A stretch of DNA of 24,000 nt from Ferrovum sp. JA12 (GTDB taxonomy: Bacteria; Pseudomonadota; Gammaproteobacteria; Burkholderiales; Ferrovaceae). The stretch covers positions 563,352 through 587,351 of the forward strand of contig NZ_LJWX01000002.1 of assembly GCF_001431705.1 (NCBI RefSeq). The letters run 5' to 3'. Shown here one piece after another: positions 13,926 to 23,666 of the stretch. Position 1 is the stretch's first letter, and the number at the start of each line of letters is the position of its first letter. Below the pieces are notes generated by a model, which was not told the origin of the DNA, ran no database searches, and saw nothing but the letters and a program-made list of their open reading frames with translations. A program made the translations under genes and the position numbers.

Positions 13926-14284
13926 AGGCGGCGGGAATCGAACCCGCGTCCGAAAGTCCTCTGCAGTCAGCTCTACATATTTAGCCTCGTTGTTGAATTT
14001 AACCACTAATACGTCAACGGACAAGCGGCTTAGTGACGATTCACCATAATTTTAATTCAGGAGGAGGTGACCCCCTCAAGAACGATTCTCTGTATATGAC
14101 TCCGCTACTTGGTTTCCCAAGCTCCAACCCAGAAGAACAATTGGTGCGGAGCCTAGCCTTAAGCGGCTAGGGCGTAGTTGTCGTCGTTGGCAACTATAAG
14201 TTTACCAGATGGATTTACGAGGTTTACTGGTCCTCGATATGCACTGAACTGTTTTGCAACCCCCGTCGAAGCCAGGTCGCCCCC
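13920..14284 (-). ncRNA. ssrA: tmRNA (transfer-messenger RNA)
   Basis: 5' end GGGGGCGACCTGGCTTCGACGGGGGTTGC. 3' end GGACGCGGGTTCGATTCCCGCCGCCTCCACCA. The acceptor stem GGGGGCG/CGCCTCC has the G3:U pair. The tag reading frame GCC AAC GAC GAC AAC TAC GCC CTA GCC GCT TAA (14191..14159) encodes ANDDNYALAA. Confidence 0.95.
13936..13952. repeat. Right copy of the 17-bp direct repeat, inside the tmRNA T-arm region
   Basis: Exact match to 1710..1726. Confidence 0.8.
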
Positions 14285-14349
14285 AATATTATTTTAATTA
14301 TCCAGTCTTTTAGGTTAAATGTCACGGTTTAATGTTATATTAAGGGAAT

Positions 14350-15624
14350 ATGACGACATTTCATGACTTAGGATTAATTGAACCATTACTAAAGGCAGTG
14401 GAAGAGATGGGCTACCTTGAGCCCACCGCTATCCAAAATATGGCCATACCTGCTATTTTATCAGGCCAAGATGTGCAGGCTATGGCCCAAACAGGAACTG
14501 GTAAAACTGCTGGTTTCACGCTCCCTTTACTCCAGCAGCTAGCTCCTTTTGCTAACACAAGCATGTCTCCTGCTAAGCATCCAGTAAGAGCCTTAGTATT
14601 AGCCCCTACAAGAGAACTTGCTATTCAAGTGGAGGAGAGCGTTAAAAATTACAGTAAACACCTATCTCTTAAATCCTGCGCCATTTATGGCGGGGTAAAT
14701 ATTCAAGAGCAAATCAAGTTACTCCAATCAGGTGTTGAAATCGTGATTGCAACGCCTGGACGACTCATGGATCATGTGAGCCAAAAAACTATCCAGCTCT
14801 CACAAGTCTCCCATTTTATTTTAGATGAGGCAGATAGGATGCTAGATATGGGGTTCATTCCCGATATTAAAAAAATTGTGGCGCTGTTACCTCTCCAGCG
14901 TCAAAATTTAATGTTTTCAGCGACCTTTTCCGATGAGATCAATCGCTTAGCTAAAGGCATTTTGAACCATGCCGTACAACTGCAATCAGCTCAGCGCAAT
15001 ACCACAGCGGCCTCAGTGGTGGAATCCTTCTATCTCATTAATGAGCACAGAAAAAAGGAGTTGCTAGTAGAGCTCTTTTTACAATCGAAAGGCACACAAG
15101 CTATTGTTTTTACTAATACAAAAATTGATGCTTCAAAAATCTCGCAAAGCATATTACGAGAGGGTATTAAATGTGATGCACTCCACGGTGACCGAAGTCA
15201 GAGAGAGCGCATTGATATTTTGGATAAATTTAAAACTGGCCAAATCGATTTATTAATTGCTACCGATGTGGCTGCTCGGGGCTTAGATATTGAAGCACTA
15301 CCACTCGTTTTTAATTATGATCTCCCCAGTGTTGCAGAGGATTATATTCACCGCATTGGCAGAACCGGACGAGCAGGGAGCTTGGGGCAAGCCATTTCCT
15401 TTGTTACGGAGAGTGACCGGCGTTTAGTTAGCGCCATTGAAAAACTTACCACTAACCATTATGAGCTCAAATCGGGTGAGGCTATACTTCACAAGCCCTC
15501 CCAAGAAGTCATAGAAACCCCATCAAGAAACCTCTCGCAAAAGAGCTCGTACTTAACAGCTTCCATTGATAAAAAGCCCCGTGAAATCCCCGCGCTGTTA
15601 AAAAACTTCAACCTTGAGGGTTAA
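14350..15624 (+). CDS. DEAD-box ATP-dependent RNA helicase (RhlE-like)
   Basis: Motifs AQTGTGKT, PTRELA, DEAD (ILDEADRML), SAT and HRIGRTGRAG are present. Confidence 0.9.
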   Translation: MTTFHDLGLIEPLLKAVEEMGYLEPTAIQNMAIPAILSGQDVQAMAQTGTGKTAGFTLPLLQQLAPFANTSMSPAKHPVRALVLAPTRELAIQVEESVKNYSKHLSLKSCAIYGGVNIQEQIKLLQSGVEIVIATPGRLMDHVSQKTIQLSQVSHFILDEADRMLDMGFIPDIKKIVALLPLQRQNLMFSATFSDEINRLAKGILNHAVQLQSAQRNTTAASVVESFYLINEHRKKELLVELFLQSKGTQAIVFTNTKIDASKISQSILREGIKCDALHGDRSQRERIDILDKFKTGQIDLLIATDVAARGLDIEALPLVFNYDLPSVAEDYIHRIGRTGRAGSLGQAISFVTESDRRLVSAIEKLTTNHYELKSGEAILHKPSQEVIETPSRNLSQKSSYLTASIDKKPREIPALLKNFNLEG

Positions 15625-15902
15625 TGGCTGTGGCTTTACCCTGTTTCATTGTGCTGTATGTACAGCCTGGTGCTGCCAATACTGAATTATCTGGATTTTA
15701 TGGAACAATGGCAAAAGTTCGCCTGCGAGCTCAGGCGATCGATAATCAGGCTAACGTTGCGCTAATTGCTTTCTTGGCGGAGTTCCTTGATATTCCTAAA
15801 CGTGATATAGAAATTGTCTCAGGTCATCATAGCCGGATAAAAAGAGTGCAATTAATGAAAAGTTCACCAAAGGTTCATCAACTTTTATTATCCAAAGAAT
15901 AA
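15624..15902 (+). CDS. DUF167 (YggU-like) protein
   Basis: V.PGA...E..G.......KVRL.A.A.DN.AN.ALI.FLAEFL.I.K..IEIVSG..SR.K fits DUF167. The ATG overlaps the helicase stop (TAATG). Confidence 0.7.
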   Translation: MAVALPCFIVLYVQPGAANTELSGFYGTMAKVRLRAQAIDNQANVALIAFLAEFLDIPKRDIEIVSGHHSRIKRVQLMKSSPKVHQLLLSKE

Positions 15903-15990
15903 GTTTAATCAATTGGCCAGCATTACCTTTCTACTTTAGAATGAGTTTAACTATTGATTTATTGATAGTTACCTCCCTTGATGTGTTGAT

Positions 15991-16017
15991 AGCCCGGTTC
16001 CCCCGGGCTTTTTTTTA
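15991..16017 (+). terminator. Rho-independent terminator after the helicase/yggU-like operon
   Basis: AGCCCGG, loop, CCGGGCT, followed by TTTTTTTT. Confidence 0.7.
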
Positions 16018-16061
16018 CTCTTTTTTATAAAATTTCAGCAAAAATTTCCAAATTAAGTAAA

Positions 16062-17552
16062 ATGAAAGATTATTTTAATCTGGTGATCAAATTCTCTATG
16101 GACAGAAATCATTTAGTGAATCTTCTTAGCCAATGCTTACCTCGTGAATCGATTCTTACGGATCCAGAGGATGTGAAACCCTTTGAGACAGATGGCTTAT
16201 CAGCCTATAAAGAATTACCTTGGATTGTGGTGTTACCTACCCAAGAGAATGAAGTTCAAGCTATTCTAAAAGTGTGTCATCAACACCAAGTGCCGGTGGT
16301 GGCTAGGGGTTCTGGCACGGGTCTCTCCGGTGGGGCATTACCCGTTAAAGAGGGAGTGGTATTATCCCTCTCCAAGTTCACTAAAATCCTTTCCATTGAC
16401 GCACTTTCTCGCACTGCCGTGGTTCAACCAGGGGTGAGAAACTTGGCGGTGTCAGAGGCGGCAGCTTCCTTAGGTCTGTATTACGCTCCAGACCCATCCT
16501 CTCAAATTGCCTGCAGTATTGGTGGTAATGTGGCTGAAAACTCCGGTGGCGTCCATTGCCTCAAATACGGTTTGACTGTGCATAACCTTCTCAAAGTGAG
16601 GGTCGTGAGTATGGAAGGGGAGATTTTAGAGTTAGGCAGTGATGCTTTAGATTCTGCAGGGTATGATCTGTTAGCTTTGATCACCGGCAGTGAAGGGTTG
16701 CTGGGAGTGGTGACCGAGGTTACAGTTAAATTGCTACCCAAACCGCAACTCGCCCAAGCCATTCTGGCGGCCTTTGATGATGTAGAAAAGGCCAGTACAG
16801 CTGTTGCCAATATTATTGCAGCAGGCATTATCCCAGCCGGTCTTGAGATGATGGATGGTCCCGCTACCCGTGCTGCAGAAGCCTTCGTTCATGCCAACTA
16901 TCCAGTGGATGCCGAAGCGGTATTAATTTGTGAATCGGACGGTACCCCTGAGGAAGTGGCCGATGAAATAGCGCGAATGAAGGCTATTTTAGAGGCGTCC
17001 GGTGCCTTGGAGTTACGTTACTCACAGGATGAGGCGCAGCGACTCAAATTCTGGGCGGGAAGAAAGGCTGCCTTTCCTGCAGTGGGTAGGCTCTCACCTG
17101 ATTATTATTGCATTGATGGGACGATTCCCCGGAAAACTTTAGGGTATGTGTTAAAGAAAATCTATGAGCTCGGACGAGAGTACAACTTGGAAGTGGCTAA
17201 TGTTTTTCATGCGGGAGATGGTAATTTGCATCCTTTGATTTTATTTGATGCCGCCATTGAAGGTGAGTTTGAAAGAACTGAGGCTTATGCTGGTAAGATT
17301 CTTGAGCTATGTGTGGAAGTAGGTGGCACCATCACAGGAGAGCATGGTGTTGGAGTGGAAAAAATTAACCAAATGTGTACTCAGTTTGATAGTCCCACTT
17401 TAACATCCTTTCATGGGGTTAAGGCTGCCTTTGATCAACAGGGTTTATTGAATCCAGGAAAACTGATTCCCACCTTACAGCGCTGTGCAGAAATGGGGGC
17501 AATGCATGTGCACCATAATCAACTGCCCCACGCTCATTTACCACGTTTTTAA
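16062..17552 (+). CDS. glcD: Glycolate oxidase subunit GlcD (FAD-linked oxidase)
   Basis: Has an FAD-binding PCMH-type domain (VVARGSGTGLSGGA) and the C-terminal GTITGEHGVG. It is followed by glcE and glcF. The true start may be the ATG at 16098. Confidence 0.85.
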   Translation: MKDYFNLVIKFSMDRNHLVNLLSQCLPRESILTDPEDVKPFETDGLSAYKELPWIVVLPTQENEVQAILKVCHQHQVPVVARGSGTGLSGGALPVKEGVVLSLSKFTKILSIDALSRTAVVQPGVRNLAVSEAAASLGLYYAPDPSSQIACSIGGNVAENSGGVHCLKYGLTVHNLLKVRVVSMEGEILELGSDALDSAGYDLLALITGSEGLLGVVTEVTVKLLPKPQLAQAILAAFDDVEKASTAVANIIAAGIIPAGLEMMDGPATRAAEAFVHANYPVDAEAVLICESDGTPEEVADEIARMKAILEASGALELRYSQDEAQRLKFWAGRKAAFPAVGRLSPDYYCIDGTIPRKTLGYVLKKIYELGREYNLEVANVFHAGDGNLHPLILFDAAIEGEFERTEAYAGKILELCVEVGGTITGEHGVGVEKINQMCTQFDSPTLTSFHGVKAAFDQQGLLNPGKLIPTLQRCAEMGAMHVHHNQLPHAHLPRF

Positions 17553-17553
17553 T

Positions 17554-18609
17554 ATGCCTAATTCCATTACAGAGATAATAGAGTTTGTGAAGAACGCTTC
17601 ACAAACTGAGCGCACCATCAACATAGCCGGCTCGGGTTCCAAAGCCTTTTGGGTCAACGCACAAGCTGATCTGATCCTTGATATGACCCATTATCAGGGG
17701 ATCATTGAGTATGAACCAAGCGAACTTGTTATGAGTGTTAAAGCTGGGACCCCCTTAGATGAAGTCATTCATACTTTAGATAAGGAAGGGCAAATGTTAG
17801 CCTTTGAACCGCCGCTTTTTAGTGAAGGGGGGAGCGTGGGCGGCATGGTGGCAAGTGGTCTATCAGGACCGCGGCGTGCCTATACCGGATCAGTACGGGA
17901 CTACGTGCTGGGAGTAAGAGTTATTGATGGTCTTGCCCAAGACTTACATTTTGGTGGGCGGGTAATTAAAAATGTGGCCGGCTTTGATGTGTCACGCCTG
18001 ATGGTGGGCGCCTTGGGCTCCCTTGGTGTAATAGCCGAAGTATCCTTAAAAGTCATGCCAAAACCTCAATATGAATTGACCTTAAGTTACTCTTTGAGTG
18101 AAACCCAAGCTTTACAAAAAATGAATGAGCTTGCGAGTCGCCCCTATCCCATTTCTGCCACGAGTTTTTCTCTTGGAGAATTGAAGATTCGTTTTTCGGG
18201 GGCTGAGGTGGCCGTGAAAGCCGCATACAGGGAACTTGGTGGGGAGGTGGTTGAGAAAGCTGATCTATGGTGGCATTCTCTGCGTAACCAAACTTATCAA
18301 GGGTTTCATTCCCAAAAGCCTCTCTGGCGTTTGTCAGTCAAAAACACTGCCAAACCGTTAGGACTCTCAGGACAATCTTTAATTGAGTGGGGTGGGGCAT
18401 TGCGCTGGATTAATAGCGAACACACTCCCGCGCAGATCTTTAAAGTGGCTGTAGAAGCCCAGGGCCATGCCCAGCTTTTCCGAGGTGGAGATCCACAGCA
18501 TCCCATCAGTTCCCCCCTGTCACCCACTTTGATCCCCATTCATCAGCGGCTCAAACATAACTTTGACCCCAAGGGGATTTTTAATCCCGGATTACCAGGA
18601 AACTTTTAG
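17554..18609 (+). CDS. glcE: Glycolate oxidase FAD-binding subunit GlcE
   Basis: The ATG at 17554 is 1 nt after the glcD stop. It has an FAD-binding domain pattern (GSGSK, VKNVAGFDVSRL) and lies between glcD and glcF. Confidence 0.8.
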   Translation: MPNSITEIIEFVKNASQTERTINIAGSGSKAFWVNAQADLILDMTHYQGIIEYEPSELVMSVKAGTPLDEVIHTLDKEGQMLAFEPPLFSEGGSVGGMVASGLSGPRRAYTGSVRDYVLGVRVIDGLAQDLHFGGRVIKNVAGFDVSRLMVGALGSLGVIAEVSLKVMPKPQYELTLSYSLSETQALQKMNELASRPYPISATSFSLGELKIRFSGAEVAVKAAYRELGGEVVEKADLWWHSLRNQTYQGFHSQKPLWRLSVKNTAKPLGLSGQSLIEWGGALRWINSEHTPAQIFKVAVEAQGHAQLFRGGDPQHPISSPLSPTLIPIHQRLKHNFDPKGIFNPGLPGNF

Positions 18610-18610
18610 T

Positions 18611-19837
18611 ATGTATGTGAATTTAACACCTGAATTTAAAGCGGCTGACTTTGGTGAGGAAGCTGAAAAAATCCTGCGAACCTGTGTGCACTGTGGTTTT
18701 TGTTTGGCCACGTGTCCCACCTATCAATTATTGGGTAATGAATTAGATAGCCCGCGGGGCAGAATTTATTTAATTAAAAATGTTCTTGAAGGCGAGCCTG
18801 TTACCAAGAATACTCAGCTTCACTTAGATCGCTGTCTCACCTGTCGCGCCTGTGAGAGTACTTGCCCCTCGGGAGTGCAATACGGTAAGTTGGTGGATAT
18901 TGGCCGCAAGGTGGTGGAGAAATCTGTTCCTAGGAGCGCCGTTGCTCAATTTAAAAGATATGTGTTAAAAAAGGTTTTACCTAACCCTAAACTCTTTAAT
19001 CCCTTGGTAGATGTGGGTCAGGCTTTCAAGCCACTGCTACCTAAAACTATGACACAAGCATTGCCGGATAAAACGTTTCTAGGATTGTGGCCAACCAGGA
19101 TGCACGCCAGAAAAATGATTGTGCTAGAGGGTTGTGTACAACCGAAGCTAACCCCAGAAACCAATCTTGCGGCAGCGAAAGTACTGGATCAACTAGGCAT
19201 CTCATTAATTCGTGTTGCAGGCAGTGGTTGCTGTGGCGCCCTAAAGCATCATTTAAATGATGAAGCAGCAGCCTTGATGGACATGAGGCGCAATATTGAC
19301 TTCTGGTGGCCTCAGGTAGAAAAAGGTGGTGTTGAGGCCATTGTAGTCACCGCCAGCGGTTGCGGCACGGAAGTGAAACAATATGGCTATCATTTGCAAC
19401 ATGATCCATTATATTCTGACCGTGCTCAGCAAATCTCTCATTTGGCTCGTGATATTTCCGAGGTGATGGCCATGTTACCAGTGGAAAGTCTACTTAAGGC
19501 GCAAAGCACGGATGAGAAAATTGCTTTTCATGCTCCCTGTTCCTTGCAACATGGGCAAAAGCTAAAGGGCTTTGTTGAGGGATTATTGACAGGTTGGGGA
19601 GCTCGATTAACAACAGTGCCTGATGCTCATCTATGCTGTGGATCAGCGGGAACTTATTCTATTTTACAGCCTGAGATTTCAAAAAAACTGCAAGCTAATA
19701 AAATTAAAGCTCTGGAGAGCGGTAGACCCGATGTGATTTTAACTGCCAATATCGGATGTCAAACCCATTTGAAGGCGGTGAGTTCAGTGCCTGTGATTCA
19801 TTGGATAGAATGGTTAGCGGCGAAATTGGAACTTTAA
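18611..19837 (+). CDS. glcF: Glycolate oxidase iron-sulfur subunit GlcF
   Basis: Two 4Fe-4S motifs (CVHCGFCLATCP and CLTCRACESTCP) plus C-terminal cysteine-rich CCG-type repeats. The ATG at 18611 is 1 nt after the glcE stop. Confidence 0.85.
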   Translation: MYVNLTPEFKAADFGEEAEKILRTCVHCGFCLATCPTYQLLGNELDSPRGRIYLIKNVLEGEPVTKNTQLHLDRCLTCRACESTCPSGVQYGKLVDIGRKVVEKSVPRSAVAQFKRYVLKKVLPNPKLFNPLVDVGQAFKPLLPKTMTQALPDKTFLGLWPTRMHARKMIVLEGCVQPKLTPETNLAAAKVLDQLGISLIRVAGSGCCGALKHHLNDEAAALMDMRRNIDFWWPQVEKGGVEAIVVTASGCGTEVKQYGYHLQHDPLYSDRAQQISHLARDISEVMAMLPVESLLKAQSTDEKIAFHAPCSLQHGQKLKGFVEGLLTGWGARLTTVPDAHLCCGSAGTYSILQPEISKKLQANKIKALESGRPDVILTANIGCQTHLKAVSSVPVIHWIEWLAAKLEL

Positions 19838-20704
19838 AATCACCAAGGCCACACCCAAGGCTACCAATGCCATACCGATCATAGCGAAGAACGTCAATCG
19901 CTCATCAAAACACAGAAAAGCGATAAGGGCTGTGACGGGTGGCACAAGGTAGAGGAGGCTTGAAACTCTCGATGCCTCTCCATCTCTAATTAATTTATAG
20001 AGTAACGCCACAGCCCCAACGGAGAGTGCTAAGACTGACCATGCCATGGCAAAAACCAAGGGGGGATTCCATACAACAGTACGTTGTTCAAAGGCTAAGG
20101 CCAGCGACCAAAAAAGAAGTCCTGAGGTGCAGTATTGTAAAACTCCTCCTGTTCTAATATCTACACTGGCAAAGAATTTCTTTTGATAAACAGTGCCAGC
20201 ACTAATACTGAGTAAGCCAATACACGAGAAGAGTGCTGATAAAGGTGTCAAGTCATTGGCAGAGACACGATGAGCCAGAACTAGAAACAAACCGATTAAA
20301 CCAATGAGTAATCCCAGCCACTGTCTGACATTGAGTCTTTCCTTTAATACAAAAAAAGCCGCCACAGAGGTGAGGATTGGTTGCATCCCCACAATGAGGG
20401 ATACCATGCCAGCTGGCATACCGATGGCAATGGCCGCCCACACCCCACCTAAATAGCCTCCATGAACCAGTAAGCCTGAAATCGTGACATGGAGGGCGGC
20501 CATGGGAGTAGGGGGCCAAGGTGCTTTTGAAATAAGTGCCACTATAAGAAGTATGACTGCAGCTAAGGCCATTCGAATGGCAAGAAAAGTCATGGGCTCC
20601 ATATAAGGTAAACCATAACGGGCCCCGATAAAACCTGTCGCCCAAAGAAAGACGAAAACGGCAGGAACCAAAAAACTGGTGAGAATTTTTTTATTCATGT
20701 TCAT
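19814..20704 (-). CDS. EamA/DMT-superfamily permease
   Basis: 296 aa, about 10 hydrophobic segments, two-repeat architecture typical of EamA. Confidence 0.75.
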   Translation of the reverse strand: MNMNKKILTSFLVPAVFVFLWATGFIGARYGLPYMEPMTFLAIRMALAAVILLIVALISKAPWPPTPMAALHVTISGLLVHGGYLGGVWAAIAIGMPAGMVSLIVGMQPILTSVAAFFVLKERLNVRQWLGLLIGLIGLFLVLAHRVSANDLTPLSALFSCIGLLSISAGTVYQKKFFASVDIRTGGVLQYCTSGLLFWSLALAFEQRTVVWNPPLVFAMAWSVLALSVGAVALLYKLIRDGEASRVSSLLYLVPPVTALIAFLCFDERLTFFAMIGMALVALGVALVILKFQFRR

Positions 20705-20985
20705 GTGTGGTTGACTATAAATTGCTTTTATTTATATGGCAAAGCTATGGGGTGTCAGCAAATTCCCTCTTAAGAAACAAGGATCCGTTAAAAGAAGAGG
20801 AATCATTTTAACTCATCTAATCGTGTCATGCCTTTGATGAGTAAACCCCAGAAAAGATTAAGGAAAAATTGCCCTAGCTAGTCACAACATCATACTGTTG
20901 CGTCTCATTCAATGCAGCGCTTTAGGGTCAGAGAGTAATCTAGTATAATCAATACATGTTTATTTTTTTTTAGGATATTCTCGCC

Positions 20986-21690
20986 ATGTTTGAAATTCGA
21001 AAAAGTCATGAGCGTGGCCATTTTAATCATGGTTGGCTCGACTCCTATCACAGTTTTTCCTTTGCCGAATACTACGACCCGCAACATATGGGCTTTAGTG
21101 TACTCAGAGTAATTAATGAAGATCGTGTGGCAGCAGGCACCGGTTTTGGTACTCACCCTCATCGTGATATGGAGATTGTTACCATCATTTTATCTGGTGA
21201 ATTAGAACATCAAGACAGCATGGGTAATGGCTCCATCATACGTCCTGGCGATGTACAAAGAATGAGTGCGGGTACTGGCGTGACCCACAGCGAAATCAAT
21301 CCCTCCTCCACGACCGGCGTTCATTTGCTACAAATTTGGCTGTTGCCCGAGGCGCGAGGACTCACCCCGGGTTATGAACAAAAGAGTTTTTCGGGGGAGA
21401 GCTACCTCAATCAGTTTGCTCTGTTAGCCTCACGGCATGGAGATCATGGTTCGGTGACTATTCATCAAGACGTGAAGCTTTATCGAGCAAAAATTAGTCA
21501 ACACTCCACCTTAAAGCATACTCTTAGTCCCTCAAGAAAAGCTTACTTACATATCATTGATGGTGCATTAATGGTCAATGATCATTATCAATTATCAGCA
21601 GGCGATGCACTCAAGGTTAGCGGTGAAAACGAGTTATCACTCGTGGCTCAGCATGAGGCTGAGTGTATTTTGTTTGATTTACCCCACTAA
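20986..21690 (+). CDS. Pirin-family protein (YhhW-like cupin)
   Basis: R....RG....GWL.S.H.FSFA.YYDP.....G.LRV.NED.V....GF..HPHRDMEI.T..L.G...H.DS.GN is the canonical pirin N-terminal signature. Confidence 0.85.
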   Translation: MFEIRKSHERGHFNHGWLDSYHSFSFAEYYDPQHMGFSVLRVINEDRVAAGTGFGTHPHRDMEIVTIILSGELEHQDSMGNGSIIRPGDVQRMSAGTGVTHSEINPSSTTGVHLLQIWLLPEARGLTPGYEQKSFSGESYLNQFALLASRHGDHGSVTIHQDVKLYRAKISQHSTLKHTLSPSRKAYLHIIDGALMVNDHYQLSAGDALKVSGENELSLVAQHEAECILFDLPH

Positions 21691-21698
21691 CAATAGCC

Positions 21699-22413
21699 AT
21701 GCATTACCAGCAAAATTTAATTGCGGCCACCTTGGTGAAACGTTATAAACGCTTTTTAGCCGATGTGATTCTCAGCGATGGATCAAGTTTAACCGTTCAT
21801 GTGCCTAACACGGGTTCACTGATGGGTTGTGTAGAACCAGGTTTAGAGGTGAGACTCTCTGACTCCCATAACCGGGATAGAAAATATCGTTTTACTCTAG
21901 AGCAGGTGGTGCTCGAACAAAGTCGAGTGGGAGTGAATACTCATCATGCCAATCAGCTAGTGGGTGAAGCTCTTGAGGCGGGATTAATTCCATCCTTAAG
22001 GGCATTCACCAGTCGCCGAGCTGAGGTTAAATATGGTCAAGAAAAAAGCCGTATTGATTGGCTGTTAAAGGACGAAATGGGCCACTCTTGTTATGTGGAA
22101 GTCAAAAACGTGAGTGCAGCGGTGGCGGGAAGAGTGGGGGGTTTTCCCTGATGCACCCAGCGAGAGGGCCACTAAGCATTGTCGAGAGTTGATACGCATT
22201 GTGAATGAAGGGCAGCGTGCCGCCATTATCTTTTGTGTCCAGCGTAGCGATGTAGAGGTGGTGGAGCCTGCTCAGATCATTGACCCCCACTACACTCAAG
22301 CCTTGATAGAGGCAGAGCAATCTGGCGTTGAGCTCTATGCGCTGAGGGCTAATTTAAGTGATGAAGGGGTACAATTGGTTGATGCTGTCCCTGTACGTTG
22401 CCCCCCAAAATAG
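21699..22413 (+). pseudogene. sfsA: sfsA (sugar fermentation stimulation protein / DNA-binding nuclease fold), interrupted by a +1 frameshift in a G6 run
   Basis: ORF 21699..22151 (..LVKRYKRFLADV..., VEVKNV) and ORF 22114..22413 (FPDAPSERATKHCRELI..) are the two halves of SfsA. Removing one G from 22136..22141 restores GRVGVFPDAPSER. Confidence 0.8.
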
Positions 22414-22450
22414 TATAATTGATTTTGTATTCAATTGATTGAGGTATGTT

Positions 22451-23425
22451 ATGCCCTATGCAATAAAATTCCATCGAACCGGTGGACCGGAAGTGTTTGA
22501 ATGGCAGGAAGTGACGGTAGACGAACCTGGTCCGGGAGAGATACGCCTGCAACACACAGCAGTGGGACTCAACTATATCGACGTCTATCACCGAAGCGGT
22601 TTGTATCCTGCGCCACTGCCTGCCGTCCCTGGTTTAGAAGCTGCGGGAGTGGTGATAGCAGTTGGCAAGGGAGTTACGGATTTGACGGTGGGTGATCGGG
22701 TAGCTTACGCCTCCGGCCCCTTGGGAGCTTACTCTGAAGAGCGAGTTATGGCAGCGGATAGAGTAGTGAAATTACCGGATAACATTAGCGATGAGGTAGG
22801 TGCTGCCATGATGCTACAGGGTTTAACAGCACAGTATTTATTGCGCCGCACTTATGCAGTAAAAAAAGGGGATACCCTTTTAGTCCACGCTGCCGCCGGA
22901 GGGGTAGGCTTAATCTTGTGCCAATGGGCGAAGCATCTTGGCGCAACAGTGATTGGTACCGTGGGTAGTGCAGATAAAGCGGAGCTTGCAAAAGAGTATG
23001 GCTGTGACCATCCCATTATTTATACTCAGGAAGATTTTCAGGAACGAGTGCTCGAAATTACCCATGGCCAAAAAGTCCCTGTAGTCTACGATTCTGTAGG
23101 TAAGGATACCTTTATGAAATCCTTAGACTGCCTATCTCCCTTAGGTTTACTGGTGCTCTTTGGTCAGTCCTCTGGCAATGTGCCACCCTTCGATTTAGGT
23201 GCTTTGTCAGTGAAGGGGTCCTTATTTATTACGCGTCCCACGCTAGCGACTTATACAGCCAAAAGAGAGGATCTTCTCAAGGGGGCTCAGGAACTCTTTG
23301 AGGTGGTGAGTCAAGGCATTGTTAAAATAAATATTCACCAGCGTTATGCTCTGAAGGATGCAGCGCAAGCGCATCGTGACTTAGAGGCAAGAAAAACTAC
23401 CGGTTCAACGATTTTAAAGGTGTGA
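22451..23425 (+). CDS. qor: NADPH:quinone oxidoreductase (zeta-crystallin-type MDR)
   Basis: GLNYIDVY.RSGLYP...P...G.EAAG.V..VG and the AAGGVG nucleotide-binding motif are present. The ATG at 22451 follows GAGG. Confidence 0.8.
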   Translation: MPYAIKFHRTGGPEVFEWQEVTVDEPGPGEIRLQHTAVGLNYIDVYHRSGLYPAPLPAVPGLEAAGVVIAVGKGVTDLTVGDRVAYASGPLGAYSEERVMAADRVVKLPDNISDEVGAAMMLQGLTAQYLLRRTYAVKKGDTLLVHAAAGGVGLILCQWAKHLGATVIGTVGSADKAELAKEYGCDHPIIYTQEDFQERVLEITHGQKVPVVYDSVGKDTFMKSLDCLSPLGLLVLFGQSSGNVPPFDLGALSVKGSLFITRPTLATYTAKREDLLKGAQELFEVVSQGIVKINIHQRYALKDAAQAHRDLEARKTTGSTILKV

Positions 23426-23427
23426 TA

Positions 23428-23655
23428 ATGGATATTGATAAAGAGTTAGACGCGAGAGGCTTGAGCTGCCCATTACCTATTTTAAGAACCAAGAAAACAC
23501 TGTCCGATATGAGTTCTGGTCAATTATTAAAAGTGATTGCTACCGACAACGGTGCTCCTAAAGACATGCAAGCCTTTGCCAATCAAACTGGTCATCAATT
23601 GGTGGATTCCCTTGAAACCAATGGTGAATTTATTTTTATCTTTAAAAAGAAATAA
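23428..23655 (+). CDS. TusA/SirA-family sulfur carrier protein
   Basis: LDARGLSCPLPILRTKK carries the conserved CP.P active-site motif. ~75 aa. Confidence 0.8.
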   Translation: MDIDKELDARGLSCPLPILRTKKTLSDMSSGQLLKVIATDNGAPKDMQAFANQTGHQLVDSLETNGEFIFIFKKK

Positions 23656-23666
23656 GGACAAAACCA

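Larger units (their letters stand above)
1727..13935. mobile_element. ~12.2 kb genomic island integrated in the 3' end of ssrA. Carries a large-serine-recombinase module and several TA/defence-type modules.
   Basis: It is bounded by the 17-bp direct repeats. It is much more GC-rich than the DNA right of ~13,950. It contains the recombinase module and provides the tmRNA 3' terminus and terminator. Confidence 0.75.

Noticed and set aside
13900-14000. GC-content break as a possible assembly chimera
   Set aside because: The break falls inside a tmRNA whose two halves form a perfect acceptor stem with the G3:U pair. The T-arm fragment is duplicated 12 kb away. That is what site-specific integration produces, not a misjoin. 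Read-level confirmation is still desirable.
13572-14024. N-terminal extension of the AbiEi ORF (track ORF 12951..14024)
   Set aside because: The extension reads through the conserved non-coding repeat, the tmRNA terminator hairpin and into the tmRNA gene. The AbiEi family N-terminus starts at the ATG at 13571.
16062-16097. First 12 codons of glcD (MKDYFNLVIKFS)
   Set aside because: This is a start ambiguity rather than a separate feature. The ATG at 16098 (MDRNHLVNLL...) may be the true start. I kept the longer ORF because I cannot decide without an alignment.
20905-21162. 85-aa minus-strand ORF
   Set aside because: It overlaps the pirin gene start in antisense and the AT-rich promoter region, and has no motif.
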